Source: Stegostoma tigrinum (Eukaryota). Taken from it: 64,000 nt of DNA. The notes under the pieces are model-generated. The model ran no database searches and was not told the origin of the DNA. It worked only from the letters and a program-made list of their open reading frames with translations. The translations under genes were made by a program, and so were the position numbers. Numbering within the stretch: the first letter of the stretch is position 1; every line of letters begins with the position of its first letter. The stretch spans positions 45,925,553 to 45,989,552 of the forward strand of contig NC_081361.1 in NCBI RefSeq assembly GCF_030684315.1, written 5' to 3'. Positions 62,031 to 64,000 of the stretch are shown in pieces.

Positions 62031-62249
62031 CGGAAACAGGACAACCAGGTTATGCCGAGCATAATTCCAAACAAAACTAGCTCCACTGCCTGCTCCTTCC
62101 ATACATTTCTCATCCGTGCTCTTTTGGGTATTTTTGATATTTTTCTAAGCAACCTGTTCAAGGGTGTTGTTAACACGCCTTTGGAAGCAGGTGGGACTTG
62201 TATTTGGTCTCCGAGTCCAGTGCGCTATACGACCCTCTTTACCCTCAGA

Positions 62250-62735
62250 GACTGCAGATCCTGGAGTCAGAGATAACACTGTGTGGAGCTGGAGGAACGT
62301 AGCGAGTCAGGCAGCATCAGGGGAGCAGGAAAGCCAACCTCGACTTTTCTGCTCCTCTGATGCTGCCTGACCTGCTGTGTTCCTCCACCACAATTGGAAG
62401 ATTGACACTGAACATTTATCCTGGTTGTTTCATAACGTTTCTATTCCAGGGCGGGGAGGGCAAGAACTCAGCCCCCTTGGTCAGAGGTGAGAACACTACC
62501 ACTACGCCACAAGACTTTCTGTGACATTCTTCTCCAATTGTTGCTGAATTGCAGTGAGTCTTACCATGCTGTAGCTTGCATTGTTGATCTAGGTTTATGT
62601 TTCTAACTCAGAGGTAAGACAAAGTGAAACAAATAGAATGTTGACGAAGCTCAGCAGGTCAGGCAGCATCTGAGGTGTAGAGAGAAACAGAGTTAACATT
62701 TCAAGTCCGCATGACTCTTCTTCAGACCTGATGAC
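62250..62735. mobile_element. Two PLE-terminus/hairpin mini-elements (~62250-62390 and ~62620-62735)
   Basis: caggcagcatcag...ctgatgctgcctg inverted arms; reverse complement gtCTGAAGAaGAGTC..GACTTGAAAtgttaac. Confidence 0.55.
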
Positions 62736-63144
62736 AGGATGAAGTATATTTGGGCAAGAAGAAAGGGAGGGGGCACTTATTATCTGGAAGGTGTGAGCAT
62801 CTGATGAGCAGAGGAGCAAGGCGAGCTGCGAATGCAAATACATCAATCACTAAAGCCTGTCCACAAAAATGGGAACCCTTGCAGTGGGCTTTATTTCTAG
62901 ACAAATCAAATTGAAAGTGAGAGAAGTGATACTGAATTTGCCTGGCTAAAATCTTGGTAAGCTAAGACAAAAGATACTGTGGCATTCCTGTGTTATAAAA
63001 AGAATTTTGAGGCAGTGAAGTGGGATTAAAGAAGGTTTACAACACTTACTTCCCAAACGTTTTCACATTGTGACCCCATTTTGGCATCTGACAACAAATC
63101 TGAGCCCGGATCTGGAGGTATGGTGGGGTGTTGAGGTAGGGGGA

Positions 63145-63830
63145 GATAAAAACATGGAAAATAGGAACAGGGGTTGGCCATTTGGCACTTTGATCCCGCT
63201 CCTCCATTCAATATGGTCATGGCTGATCATTCTATACAATATCCTGTTCCTGCTTTTGTCCCATACCCTAAGAACTATGTCTGATTCCTTCTTCAAAACA
63301 TTTAATGTTTTGCCATGAATCACTTTCTGTGAGAGAATTCCACAGGCTCAGCACTCTGGGTGGAGAAATTTCTCCTCTTCTCAGTCCTGCCCATAACCTT
63401 TGGCTATGACCCCAGGTTCTGGAATCTCTGGTCATTGAGAACATCCTTTCTGCATTTACTATGTCTAGACCTGTTAGAATTTAATCAGTTTCTATGAATC
63501 GTGAACATAGTCCTAATCGGTACAATTTCTCTTTGTATGTCAGTCCTGTCATTCCAGTTAATTCTGTCATTTGTTGCACTCCCTTCGTAGACAGAACTTC
63601 CTTCCTTAGGTAAGGTGACCAAAAGCGAACATAATACTACAGTTGTTATCAAGGCCCTGTACAAGATTCTATAGCAAGACATCCCTGCTCCTATATTTGA
63701 GTCCTCACATTGTAGCTGGCAACACACCATTTGCCTTCTTCACTGCCTGCTCCATTTGTATACTTGTTTTCAGTGACTGGTGTATGAGGACACACTAGCC
63801 TTGTTGCACCTCCGCCTTTCCCAATGAATT
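63145..63830 (-). mobile_element. Old CR1 3' fragment
   Basis: CR1 tail and degenerate LYRAL/VEFSH segments. Confidence 0.65.
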
Positions 63831-64000
63831 GCCATTCAGATAATAATATGTGAGACCTGGGATTAACAGAATGGAACTGCTTCATCCATAGACTTTTTAC
63901 ATTTAAACAACACCTAGTTATCCACAAAATTTATCAACACATCATTCAGGCCTCAAAGTTTGGCTGCTTAGGCTTCACTCACTGCAAAAAATTTCCAACA

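Noticed and set aside
61615-62031. 138-aa ORF as an N-terminally extended ARPC5
   Set aside because: It starts at a non-ATG codon in GC-rich promoter sequence; homology begins at the ATG at 61767, and the ORF tail runs into the U12 intron

Overview
Eukaryotic, repeat-rich vertebrate genomic DNA. The HE1/V-SINE, DeuSINE, CR1 and Penelope repeat content points to a cartilaginous fish (shark). Three spliced protein-coding genes were reconstructed by hand. (1) The 5' part of NCF2/p67phox (- strand, 4 coding exons, continuing off the left edge). (2) A complete 4-exon, 309-aa NmrA-like (NMRAL1/HSCARG-type) gene on the + strand, head-to-head with NCF2, with a degenerate dinucleotide-binding motif. 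(3) A complete ARPC5 gene (- strand, 150 aa) whose first intron is an 18-kb U12-type AT-AC intron. The rest is mostly retroelements: CR1, L2, Rex1, tRNA-derived SINEs, a ~72-copy 37-bp minisatellite, and many Penelope-like elements (PLEs) with short hairpin derivatives that carry minimal hammerhead-ribozyme motifs and 9-16 bp target-site duplications (TSDs). The main leads are a possible bidirectional NCF2/NmrA-like promoter and the hammerhead-bearing PLE/hairpin mini-element system. Exon boundaries were counted exactly. Repeat boundaries are approximate. All family assignments come from recalled sequence features, not database searches.
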